From the NCBI GenBank assembly GCA_018970465.1, contig JAGWWI010000002.1, forward strand, positions 4,517 through 68,516: 64,000 bases of DNA, in the 5' to 3' direction. Source of the DNA: Patescibacteria group bacterium. GTDB taxonomy: Bacteria > Patescibacteriota > Minisyncoccia > Phycocordibacterales > Phycocordibacteraceae. The notes beneath the pieces are model-generated. The model saw only the letters and a list, made by a program, of their open reading frames with translations, ran no database searches and was not told the DNA's origin. Below, one piece after another: positions 57,071 through 64,000 of the stretch (within the stretch, counting starts at the first letter, position 1; every line of letters begins with the position of its first letter). Position numbers and translations under genes: made by a program.

Positions 57071-57740
57071 ATACTCCTAGTCTATACTAGGGGCTACTTG
57101 GCGTCAAGGGATAGGTACCAACTGTTTTTCTGCGTCGTTACATGCCCGCGCACTCCAAGAAGCCGCTCGAGGTTCTCGCGTATCCAGGCTATGTGCGTCG
57201 GGCTTGCTGAAATAAAAGCCAGGTAGTACATGAAGCTCGATGGCCAGCGCGGATCGAAGTAGCTGTAGAATGACCCGTCCCCATCGTGATGGCCGCGCAA
57301 GAAATCAAAGAAATACGTATCGGGTATCCGGAGCGCCCCGAGGCGCTTTGTCTTGTTGGGCATCAGACCGATCGAAATAAGAAATTGGTACATGACCACA
57401 TCACCGATCTGGACGTGGCTTATCGTTTGGCGAAATGTTCCTCTCTTTTCGGCAATACGAATATCCGGCCGGCCAATGCACTTGAGAAATGTCTTGAGTT
57501 GGGGAATATCCTTTGACGTGAGGCTGAACACGCGGCCCTGGCCCGAAAGATTTCCGTCCGTCGCGATGAGTCCCACGGCGTAAGCAAGCTCAGGTGACCA
57601 TACGATCTCTCCCCTCCTCTTCGGCTTCGGTCCCCGCAACCCCATGCCTCAAGTATATAGCGTCTACCATGTTGGTATGACTTATCCGCAATACAAAACG
57701 CCCGCTGAACTCCGGCGGGCGTTTGCAGCCCCTTATTGAA

Positions 57741-58232
57741 TTAGGCCGCGGCCTCGACCGCCTCAGCGGCCGGCGCCTCCGCGCTCTCGACCGGGGCCTC
57801 GGCCGCCTCCGGCTCGGGCAGGGATTCGTCGCTCTTGACGTGCATCATGCGCGCACCGCGGAGCTGCCGGCGCGCCTCCTTGGCGGCCTTCTCGCGGATG
57901 AAGCCGAGCTTAGCGCGGCGGACCTTCGAGCGCTTGACGATCTCGATCGAGTCGATCGCGGGGGAGTAGAGCGGGAACGCCTTCTCGACCCCGACGCCGG
58001 AGAGGGTCGCGCGGACCGTGAAGGACGCGCCCGCCTCGGTGCCGTGCCTGACCGCGAGGACGAGGCCCTCGAAGGCCTGCTTGCGCACGTTCTTGGTCGT
58101 CTTCTCCTTCTTGTCGGCGCCGCGGCCCTTCTTGAGCTCGACGATGTTCTGGATGACGCGGACGGTGTCGCCCGGGCGAACCCCGAGCTTGGCGCGCCCC
58201 TCCGCATTGACCGGCGTGATGACCCGATTCAT
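57741..58232 (-). CDS. rplS: 50S ribosomal protein bL19
   Basis: PGDTVRV; QAFEG; GVGVEK.FP.YSP; VRRAKL. Confidence 0.95.
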   Translation of the reverse strand: MNRVITPVNAEGRAKLGVRPGDTVRVIQNIVELKKGRGADKKEKTTKNVRKQAFEGLVLAVRHGTEAGASFTVRATLSGVGVEKAFPLYSPAIDSIEIVKRSKVRRAKLGFIREKAAKEARRQLRGARMMHVKSDESLPEPEAAEAPVESAEAPAAEAVEAAA

Positions 58233-58255
58233 GACCCGCGCACTGTACCAATTCT

Positions 58256-58996
58256 CTAGGAGAAACGCAAACGAGCCTCCGCCACTACGAAATCCCCCGG
58301 CACGGGCGCCGTGACTGTCTGGCGCCCGCCCGACGGGAGCGTGAGCGTGAGCGAGAGCGCGTGCAAGGCGAGGCGCGAGAAGCCGAGGATAGCCGGGCGG
58401 CCCTTGGCGTAGAGCGGGTCGCAGACGACCGGGTGATTGATCGACTTCAGGTGGACGCGGATCTGGTGCGTGCGGCCGGTCTTGGGGCGGAGTTCGAGCG
58501 ACGCGGCCTTCTCCCCGCGCTCCTCGTCTGCGCCGCGCGCGAGCACTCGCCAGTCGGTGACGGCGGCGCGCTGCTTCTTGCTCTCCCCCGCCCGCGCGAC
58601 GCCCCAGCGCGGCGGGACAGCACGGATACGGACGATCTCCGCCTCGATCGTGCCCGCATCGTCCTTCGGGTGGCCGTAGACATAGGCGCGGTACACCTTC
58701 TCGATCTCGCGATCTTGGAACTGCTGCTTGAGCAGCGCGTACGCTTCGTTCGTCTTCGCGATGGCAAGCACGCCCGAGGTATCCCGGTCGAGGCGATGCA
58801 CGATGCCCGGGCGCGCGACGATCGCCCCTTGCGGCGAAGTCCATGGCTCGCCGACCTCGGCGAGCGCCGGATAGCGCGCGAGCACCCACTCGGCGACCGA
58901 GGGCTCCTCGGTGCGCCCGTCGCTGTGCACGATCAAGCCCGCCGGCTTGTCGATCGCGACCACGTCGGCGTCTTCGTAGAGGATCGGTACTTCCAT
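58256..58996 (-). CDS. RluA family pseudouridine synthase
   Basis: DKPAG; HRLDRDTSG; TGRTHQIRVH. Confidence 0.93.
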   Translation of the reverse strand: MEVPILYEDADVVAIDKPAGLIVHSDGRTEEPSVAEWVLARYPALAEVGEPWTSPQGAIVARPGIVHRLDRDTSGVLAIAKTNEAYALLKQQFQDREIEKVYRAYVYGHPKDDAGTIEAEIVRIRAVPPRWGVARAGESKKQRAAVTDWRVLARGADEERGEKAASLELRPKTGRTHQIRVHLKSINHPVVCDPLYAKGRPAILGFSRLALHALSLTLTLPSGGRQTVTAPVPGDFVVAEARLRFS

Positions 58997-59012
58997 TGCT
59001 CTACGCTACCAC

Positions 59013-59708
59013 CTATTTCCCCCGGCGGCGTTCGCGGGAGGCGTAGTCGGCGAGGATCCGGTCGAACTCGGCCTCGGTGAGCGCGGGCCAGTAGGTGTCG
59101 ACGAAGCAGAGCTCGCTGTAGACGCCCTGCCAGGGGAGGAAGCCGGAGAGCCGCTTCTCGCCCGAGGTGCGGATGATGAGGTCGGGGTCGGGCATGCCGG
59201 CCGTCCAGAGGTGCTTCGCGAAGTTCTCCTCCGTCGCCTCCGCGCCGCTCGCCGCGAGCTCGCGCGCGGCGTGGAGAATCTCGGCGCGGCCGCCGTAGGA
59301 GAGGCAGGCCCAGAGGCGCCACGTACCCGCCGCAGTCGCCCGCTCCGCCTCAGCGAGCGTCTCTTGCATCGCCGGGTCGAAGCGCGAGCGGTCGCCGACG
59401 AAGCGGAGCGCGATGCCGCGCTCGACAAGCTCCCGCATATCCTTCGAGCCGGCCGCGAACGCCTCGCCGAGGAGGCGCAGGAGATACGCGACCTCCTCGG
59501 GCGGGCGGCCCCAGTTCTCGGTCGAGAAGGCGTAGACCACGAGGTCACGGATGCCGCGCGCCTTCACCCATTCGAGCACCTCCTTAAGCTTATCGTACCC
59601 GTGCTCGTGCCCGCGGACCGCCGCGAGCCCGCGCTCTTTGGCGAAGCGGCGGTTGCCGTCCATGATGATGCCGACGCAGGCGGGCACCGCCTCGGGAGAG
59701 GGTTGCAT
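59013..59708 (-). CDS. uppS: Undecaprenyl diphosphate synthase
   Basis: IMDGNRR; FSTENW; RTSGEKRLSGFL.WQ. Confidence 0.95.
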   Translation of the reverse strand: MQPSPEAVPACVGIIMDGNRRFAKERGLAAVRGHEHGYDKLKEVLEWVKARGIRDLVVYAFSTENWGRPPEEVAYLLRLLGEAFAAGSKDMRELVERGIALRFVGDRSRFDPAMQETLAEAERATAAGTWRLWACLSYGGRAEILHAARELAASGAEATEENFAKHLWTAGMPDPDLIIRTSGEKRLSGFLPWQGVYSELCFVDTYWPALTEAEFDRILADYASRERRRGK

Positions 59709-59746
59709 ATCGAGAATAACGCAGACTGTAGCACGAGAGTTTCTCC

Positions 59747-59822
59747 TGGTGCGCCCTGAGGGACTCGAACCCCCGACCTTCCCGGTGTAAACGGGTTGCT
59801 CTACCAACTGAGCTAAGGGCGC
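59747..59822 (-). tRNA. tRNA-Val(TAC)
   Basis: Cloverleaf; loop TTTACAC; CCA encoded. Confidence 0.95.
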
Positions 59823-59823
59823 C

Positions 59824-59908
59824 TGGTGCCGTGGGAGGGACTCGAACCCTCAACCGGTGAAGGATACGATTCTGAGTCGTACGCGTATACCAATTCCGCC
59901 ACCACGGC
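59824..59908 (-). tRNA. tRNA-Leu(CAG)
   Basis: Cloverleaf; loop CTCAGAA; CCA encoded. Confidence 0.93.
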
Positions 59909-59965
59909 CTGTCGCGAGTCTAGCAGCTCGGTGGATACAAAGGAATCGCCTGCTACAATCGGCGC

Positions 59966-60586
59966 ATGCTGCGATTCGCCGACCGGCGGTTCATCCATTC
60001 CTTCCTCGCGGGCGCGGCCTACCTCGCGATCGCGCTCGTGATCCAATCCTATGCGGTCGCCTTCGCAACCGGCTCCGCAAGCAACTCCGTGACGGATATC
60101 GTCTTGAGCAATACGCCGACCTTGCCGGTCGACGGCTATTTCATCTACGGTACCGTCCTCGCGGCGGCCTGCGCGCTCGTCGCGAGCCTCGTCTACCTGC
60201 GGCGGGCGCCGTTTGTCCTCAAAAGCGGCGCGCTCTTCTTCTTCATCCGCTCATTTTTCGTCTCGCTCACGCATATAAACACCTTCCCGACGCAGGTGGC
60301 GATCACGCCGAACGCCATCACGCGCCTCTTCCCGTTCGTCTTCACCGGCAAGGACCTCTTCTTCTCGGGCCACGCGGGCGCGCCTTTCCTTATGGCGCTC
60401 ATCTTCTGGGACAAGCCGGCGCTCCGTTACCTCTTCCTCGGCTTCTCGATCGCCTTCGCGTTCGTCGTCCTCTTCGGCCACCTCCACTACTCGATCGACG
60501 TCGCGGCCGCTTACTTCATCACCTACTCCATCTTCGCCCTCGCGAAATACCTCTTCGCGAGCGACTTCGCCCGCGCGCACTCCTGA
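59966..60586 (+). CDS. PAP2/sphingomyelin-synthase-like membrane phosphotransferase
   Basis: DLFFSGH and HYSIDV motifs; multiple TMs. Confidence 0.8.
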   Translation: MLRFADRRFIHSFLAGAAYLAIALVIQSYAVAFATGSASNSVTDIVLSNTPTLPVDGYFIYGTVLAAACALVASLVYLRRAPFVLKSGALFFFIRSFFVSLTHINTFPTQVAITPNAITRLFPFVFTGKDLFFSGHAGAPFLMALIFWDKPALRYLFLGFSIAFAFVVLFGHLHYSIDVAAAYFITYSIFALAKYLFASDFARAHS

Positions 60587-60592
60587 CTTGTG

Positions 60593-60664
60593 TGCCTCCG
60601 GTAGGAATCGAACCCACATCAACGCCTTAGAAGAGCGCGGCTCTATCCATTGAGCTACGGAGGC
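60593..60664 (-). tRNA. tRNA-Arg(TCT)
   Basis: Cloverleaf; loop CTTCTAA. Confidence 0.9.
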
Positions 60665-60689
60665 CCTCTCACCCTACCCCGCCTACGCC

Positions 60690-60995
60690 CTATTGCGAAG
60701 GGTCGGCGAACTGGTACGAGCCCGTGACGTACTTCTCCTCCTCCGCGGTACGCGCCGCGAGGAAGGCCGGCAGCGTCTCGAGCGCGGAGGGCGTCGCGAC
60801 GGGCGCCACCTCGCCCGCGCTACTCGCGCGGTCGCTCCCGAGGGTCGCCGTGAAGAGGTAGAGGTGCCAAGCGAGAATGGCCGCGAAAAGGAGCGCCCCG
60901 AGAGAGAGAATGACGCGCCAGTCGCGCTCGGGTCGGGGCGTGAAGCCGCTCACGCGGCGCGCGACGGCGGAGAATTGCGTGCGGAGGTCGTTCAT
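60690..60995 (-). CDS. Small single-TM protein at end of the pil operon
   Basis: PERDW plus TM; overlaps the upstream stop. Confidence 0.6.
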   Translation of the reverse strand: MNDLRTQFSAVARRVSGFTPRPERDWRVILSLGALLFAAILAWHLYLFTATLGSDRASSAGEVAPVATPSALETLPAFLAARTAEEEKYVTGSYQFADPSQ

Positions 60996-61600
60996 AGCGG
61001 GTGGGGGGCGGTTGTCGTTGCAGCGCGCGGGGCGCTGGCAGCTGCGGCGGGCGCTCCGGCTGCAGGCGCGAGCCGCGCCGCGCCGCCCGGCGTCGCGCCG
61101 ACGAGGAGATTCGCCGAGGCGGTCCAGCTCTTGCCGTCCGGCGCCGCGGCGACCGCGGCGCTCGTGACGGAGAGCGCGTGCGGAGAATATTCGATCGAGC
61201 CGAGGGCGCGCAGCACGGCGTCGAAGGAGCCCCGGATCGTCACCGCGATCGAGAGCGCCGGGTGCGCCGCACCCGTCGCCGGGACGGCCGCGACGGAGGC
61301 GATCGAGATCGCGGCGCCCGCCTCCTTGCCGCGGGTCTCGAGCTCGTTGATGAAGTCGGCTACGTCCGCCTCGGGGACGAAGTAGTTGTCGATAGTGCCG
61401 GCCTCCGTGCCAAGCGACGCGAGGCGCCCGTCGATCGAAGCGAGGCGCACCGACTCGGCGCTCGCCGCCTCGACCTTCCGCGCGAGGTCGGCGACGGCCG
61501 CCTTCGCAGCCCCCACCGAGGACCAGCTCGAGGCATACACGGCGAGCGCCGCGACGAGCGCGCACGTGGCGAGGATGGGCGCGACGACGGAGGTCTTCAT
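60992..61600 (-). CDS. PilO-like protein
   Basis: TM, coiled coil, GSFDAVLRALGSIEYSP; synteny with pilM. Confidence 0.65.
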   Translation of the reverse strand: MKTSVVAPILATCALVAALAVYASSWSSVGAAKAAVADLARKVEAASAESVRLASIDGRLASLGTEAGTIDNYFVPEADVADFINELETRGKEAGAAISIASVAAVPATGAAHPALSIAVTIRGSFDAVLRALGSIEYSPHALSVTSAAVAAAPDGKSWTASANLLVGATPGGAARLAPAAGAPAAAASAPRAATTTAPHPL

Positions 61601-62178
61601 GGCGCCGTGGGCGAACTGGTCGCGAGCGTCACCGTGATCGTGAAGGGGATGTTCGCGTCCTTCGCGAAGCTTGAGACGGGCAGGTCGGCGGAGGCGAACC
61701 CAGGCGCGCCGCCGAGCGCGAGCTCGTAGGCGCGCAGGTCGTCCCGGCTCGCGGCGACTCCGCCCACCGTGAGGACGCCGGGGCGCTTCCCTCCGCCCCG
61801 GTCATAGGCAAGGCTCGTGAGCGCGACGCCCGCGCGCGGGACCGCGAGCGCGTCGCGGAGCACCGCGCTCGCGGAGGCGGTAGCGCCGAGCGCCTCGATC
61901 GCGGCAGCGTCCGCCTCGAGCCCGTCGTAGCGCTTCGCGAGCGCGCTCCCCTCGGCGGTCGAGACGGCCTTGGTGAGGCCCGCGAGCCGGGCCGTCTCGC
62001 GCTCGCGCGCGCCCGCGAGGTAGCGGTAGGTCGGCGCGAGGAGCACGCAGGCGGCGACCGCTTCGAACGCGAGCGCGAGCGCCGCGACGACGAAGAGCCG
62101 GCGCACGTAGCTCCGGCGGAGCGCACGCTCCCGCTCGGGCGGCAAGAGGTCGAAGCGCGGCGTGCTAGCGGGGAGCAT
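61597..62178 (-). CDS. PilN-like protein
   Basis: FDLLPP, TM, GVAASRDDL; follows pilM. Confidence 0.7.
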   Translation of the reverse strand: MLPASTPRFDLLPPERERALRRSYVRRLFVVAALALAFEAVAACVLLAPTYRYLAGARERETARLAGLTKAVSTAEGSALAKRYDGLEADAAAIEALGATASASAVLRDALAVPRAGVALTSLAYDRGGGKRPGVLTVGGVAASRDDLRAYELALGGAPGFASADLPVSSFAKDANIPFTITVTLATSSPTAP

Positions 62179-63250
62179 AGTCGTGCAGCGCGAGCCCGAT
62201 CGCGGTCGCGTAGGCCAAAGACTCGGCGTAGTCGAGCTCGGGGATCCAGTGGTCGCGCGAGGCGAAGTTGGTGAACACGTCGCCGAGGGCGACCGGGATG
62301 CGGAGCGCCGCCTCGAGATACTCCGGCAAGCCGCGCACCGAGGCGTTCCCGCCCGCGATGACCGCGCGGGCAACCGGGCCGTGGCCCGCGAGCTTCGCTT
62401 CGCGCTCCTGCCAGTATTCGAGGCGCCGCGCGACCTCGTCCTTGATCGCCGCCACCGTCGAGAGCATCGCGGCGAGGTAGTCCTCGTTGCCGGGCGCCGC
62501 AACGATCCCGTGCTCGATCTTGACGCGGCGCGCCTCGACCTCGGTCACGCCGAAGTGCTTCTGCACGGCGAGGGTGAAGGCGTGCCCGCCAATCCCGATG
62601 GTCGTCGTGAAGCGCGGGATGCGCGCTTCGACGATCGCGAGCTTGGTGGTCGTCTTCCCCAGGTCGATGACGAGGATGGCCGCGTCGTCGCCCGGCGCGA
62701 GCAGCGCGCGCGCCATCGCGGAGGTCTCGCCCTCGAGCGAGCGGACGCCGACGCGCGCGAGGTCGTAGGTCGCGAGCTCGCGGTCGGCGATCCGCTTCGC
62801 GAAGCCCGTCCCTGCGACGCGTATCCCCTGCTCGGACGCGCCGGTCGCGACGATATCGAAGAGCGTCTCCTCGGGCGGCAGGGGGACGAGCTCGGTGAGG
62901 CGCTCACCTACAGCGGTGCGGAGCTCGTCGCTCGTCTCGCCCGCAACGACCGCCTCGAAGAGATACGACTTCGCCTCCGGCAAGGCGGCCGAGACGCTCG
63001 AGACGCCGAGCGTGCCCGCGACCTTGGCGATCGCGGAGGCGATCGTCTCCGCCTCGGCGAAGTCTCCGCCCGCAAAGGCGCCCGGCGAGAGATATTCGGC
63101 CGCCCAGCTGTCGAGCACGAGCCCGCGCGCGGTGTCCCGGAGCCGCACGCCCTTCACGCCGCTCGCGGAGATGTCGATGCCAGCGAGCGGCGGCGCGAGA
63201 TAGCGCGGCGGCGGCAACGCGTGCACGAAGCGCGACATGAGCGCGGACAT
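62165..63250 (-). CDS. pilM: Type IV pilus assembly protein PilM
   Basis: GIDIS; VIDLGKTTT; AGGNA...GL; AIGLAL actin-like motifs. Confidence 0.9.
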   Translation of the reverse strand: MSALMSRFVHALPPPRYLAPPLAGIDISASGVKGVRLRDTARGLVLDSWAAEYLSPGAFAGGDFAEAETIASAIAKVAGTLGVSSVSAALPEAKSYLFEAVVAGETSDELRTAVGERLTELVPLPPEETLFDIVATGASEQGIRVAGTGFAKRIADRELATYDLARVGVRSLEGETSAMARALLAPGDDAAILVIDLGKTTTKLAIVEARIPRFTTTIGIGGHAFTLAVQKHFGVTEVEARRVKIEHGIVAAPGNEDYLAAMLSTVAAIKDEVARRLEYWQEREAKLAGHGPVARAVIAGGNASVRGLPEYLEAALRIPVALGDVFTNFASRDHWIPELDYAESLAYATAIGLALHDYAPR

Positions 63251-63287
63251 GCGCTCATGATACCGCACGCGCTTCGCGCGAACGCGC

Positions 63288-63632
63288 TTAGTGCGCAGCC
63301 GTGCCGGGCGGCACGGCGCGGTCGGGCGTGAGGAACGCGAAGGTATCGCCCTCGCCTACCGCGAAGAGCATCCCGTTCGACTCGATGCCCTTGATGACGC
63401 GCGGCGCGAGGTTCGTGACGTAGCAGAGCTCGCGGCCGACGAGCGCCGCGGGCTCCGGCACATACGCCGCGACGCCCGAGACGATCGTGCGCGGGCCGCC
63501 TTCTTCGCCGAAGTCGACCGAGCACTTGAGGAGCTTGTCCGTCTCTGGCACGCGCTCGGCGGCGAACACGCGGCCCACCCGGACCTCGATCTTCGCGAAC
63601 TCGTCTATCGTGATCTGCGGCTTAGATTCCAT
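63288..63632 (-). CDS. Stand-alone tRNA-binding OB protein (MetRS C-terminal/CsaA/Trbp111 family)
   Basis: ITIDEFAKIEVRVG; RTIVSG; NLAPR..KGIESNGM. Confidence 0.9.
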   Translation of the reverse strand: MESKPQITIDEFAKIEVRVGRVFAAERVPETDKLLKCSVDFGEEGGPRTIVSGVAAYVPEPAALVGRELCYVTNLAPRVIKGIESNGMLFAVGEGDTFAFLTPDRAVPPGTAAH

Positions 63633-64000
63633 GCTGCTTCTCGAGATAGCTGGTAAGGATGAGCGCGGCGGCGGCGGCGTCGACTGGCTCGCGCGCGGCC
63701 TCCCGCCGCGTCTTCTGCTCTTTTTCCGGCGCGCGGCGCGCCTGCTGCGAGGTGTAGAACTCGGGCTCGTAGTAGACGGGCACGTCGGCCTTGAGCGCGA
63801 TCGCGGCGCCGAGGGCCCGCGCCGCAGGCGCGATCGCGTTATCGCCCCCCGCGAGGTCGCGTGACTCGCCGACGACGACCGCCCCGACGCCCGCGCGCTC
63901 GATCAGAGCCACGAGCTCATCGGCCAAACGTGGCCCCGTCGCGACGATCGCATGCGGGAAGCCCATCCTCCCGCCCTCGTCCGAGAGTGCGAGGCCGGTC
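63622..64000 (-). CDS. ruvX: YqgF/RuvX family nuclease (5' end outside window)
   Basis: GLALSD; VVVGES; EFYTS; VDAAAAALIL..YL. Confidence 0.85.
   Translation of the reverse strand, partial: TGLALSDEGGRMGFPHAIVATGPRLADELVALIERAGVGAVVVGESRDLAGGDNAIAPAARALGAAIALKADVPVYYEPEFYTSQQARRAPEKEQKTRREAAREPVDAAAAALILTSYLEKQHGI

Larger units (their letters stand above)
55571..57119 (-). mobile_element. Complete IS1595-family element with passenger gene, 1549 bp
   Basis: Imperfect TIRs GGTACTTATCCCCTCACACCAA / GGTACCTATCCCTTGACGCCAA; 8-bp target duplication AACTGTTT at 55563-55570 and 57120-57127. Confidence 0.92.
55393..57645 (-). pseudogene. Free-standing double-motif LAGLIDADG gene split by IS1595
   Basis: AYAVGLIATDG and FLRGHHDGDG; removing the IS restores the frame ...TQKNS|CVVQLKYAKKEAL...QLTK*. 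Confidence 0.82.

Noticed and set aside
63288-63632. Split metG as a novelty
   Set aside because: Short MetRS plus a stand-alone tRNA-binding protein is a common arrangement.

Overview
High-GC chromosomal segment of a Patescibacteria (CPR) bacterium, probably Parcubacteria; the taxonomy is inferred from gene content. It contains a stand-alone 23S-5S rRNA unit with no 16S. The 23S gene carries three group I introns (L1917 with a LAGLIDADG endonuclease, a 188-nt L1931 intron, and L2593) and is followed by an aberrant tRNA. Housekeeping genes include rplJL, rpsF-ssb-rpsR, secE-nusG-rplK without rplA, rplS, efp, recA, ftsK, rodA, metG, glyQS, ileS, argS, uppS and pilMNO, plus five normal tRNAs. 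Accessory content: a tandem array of pilin-signal surface proteins joined by identical 41-bp junctions, a zinc-ribbon pilin/Cys-rich protease pair, TA-like modules, and a complete IS1595 element with a passenger gene that interrupts a tRNA-adjacent LAGLIDADG gene. The best candidate for an undescribed system is a thymidylate-cycle cluster (dut, glyA, thyA, folA) enclosing a HIT hydrolase, a two-domain deaminase and a cytidylyltransferase-like gene. Also notable: in-frame palindromic insertions in tatD, ileS and glyQS; an IleRS with a GIHH motif and an inserted histidine-phosphatase domain; and apparently widespread leaderless genes. All calls come from reading motifs by eye, with no database search. 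Start codons and RNA ends are approximate.
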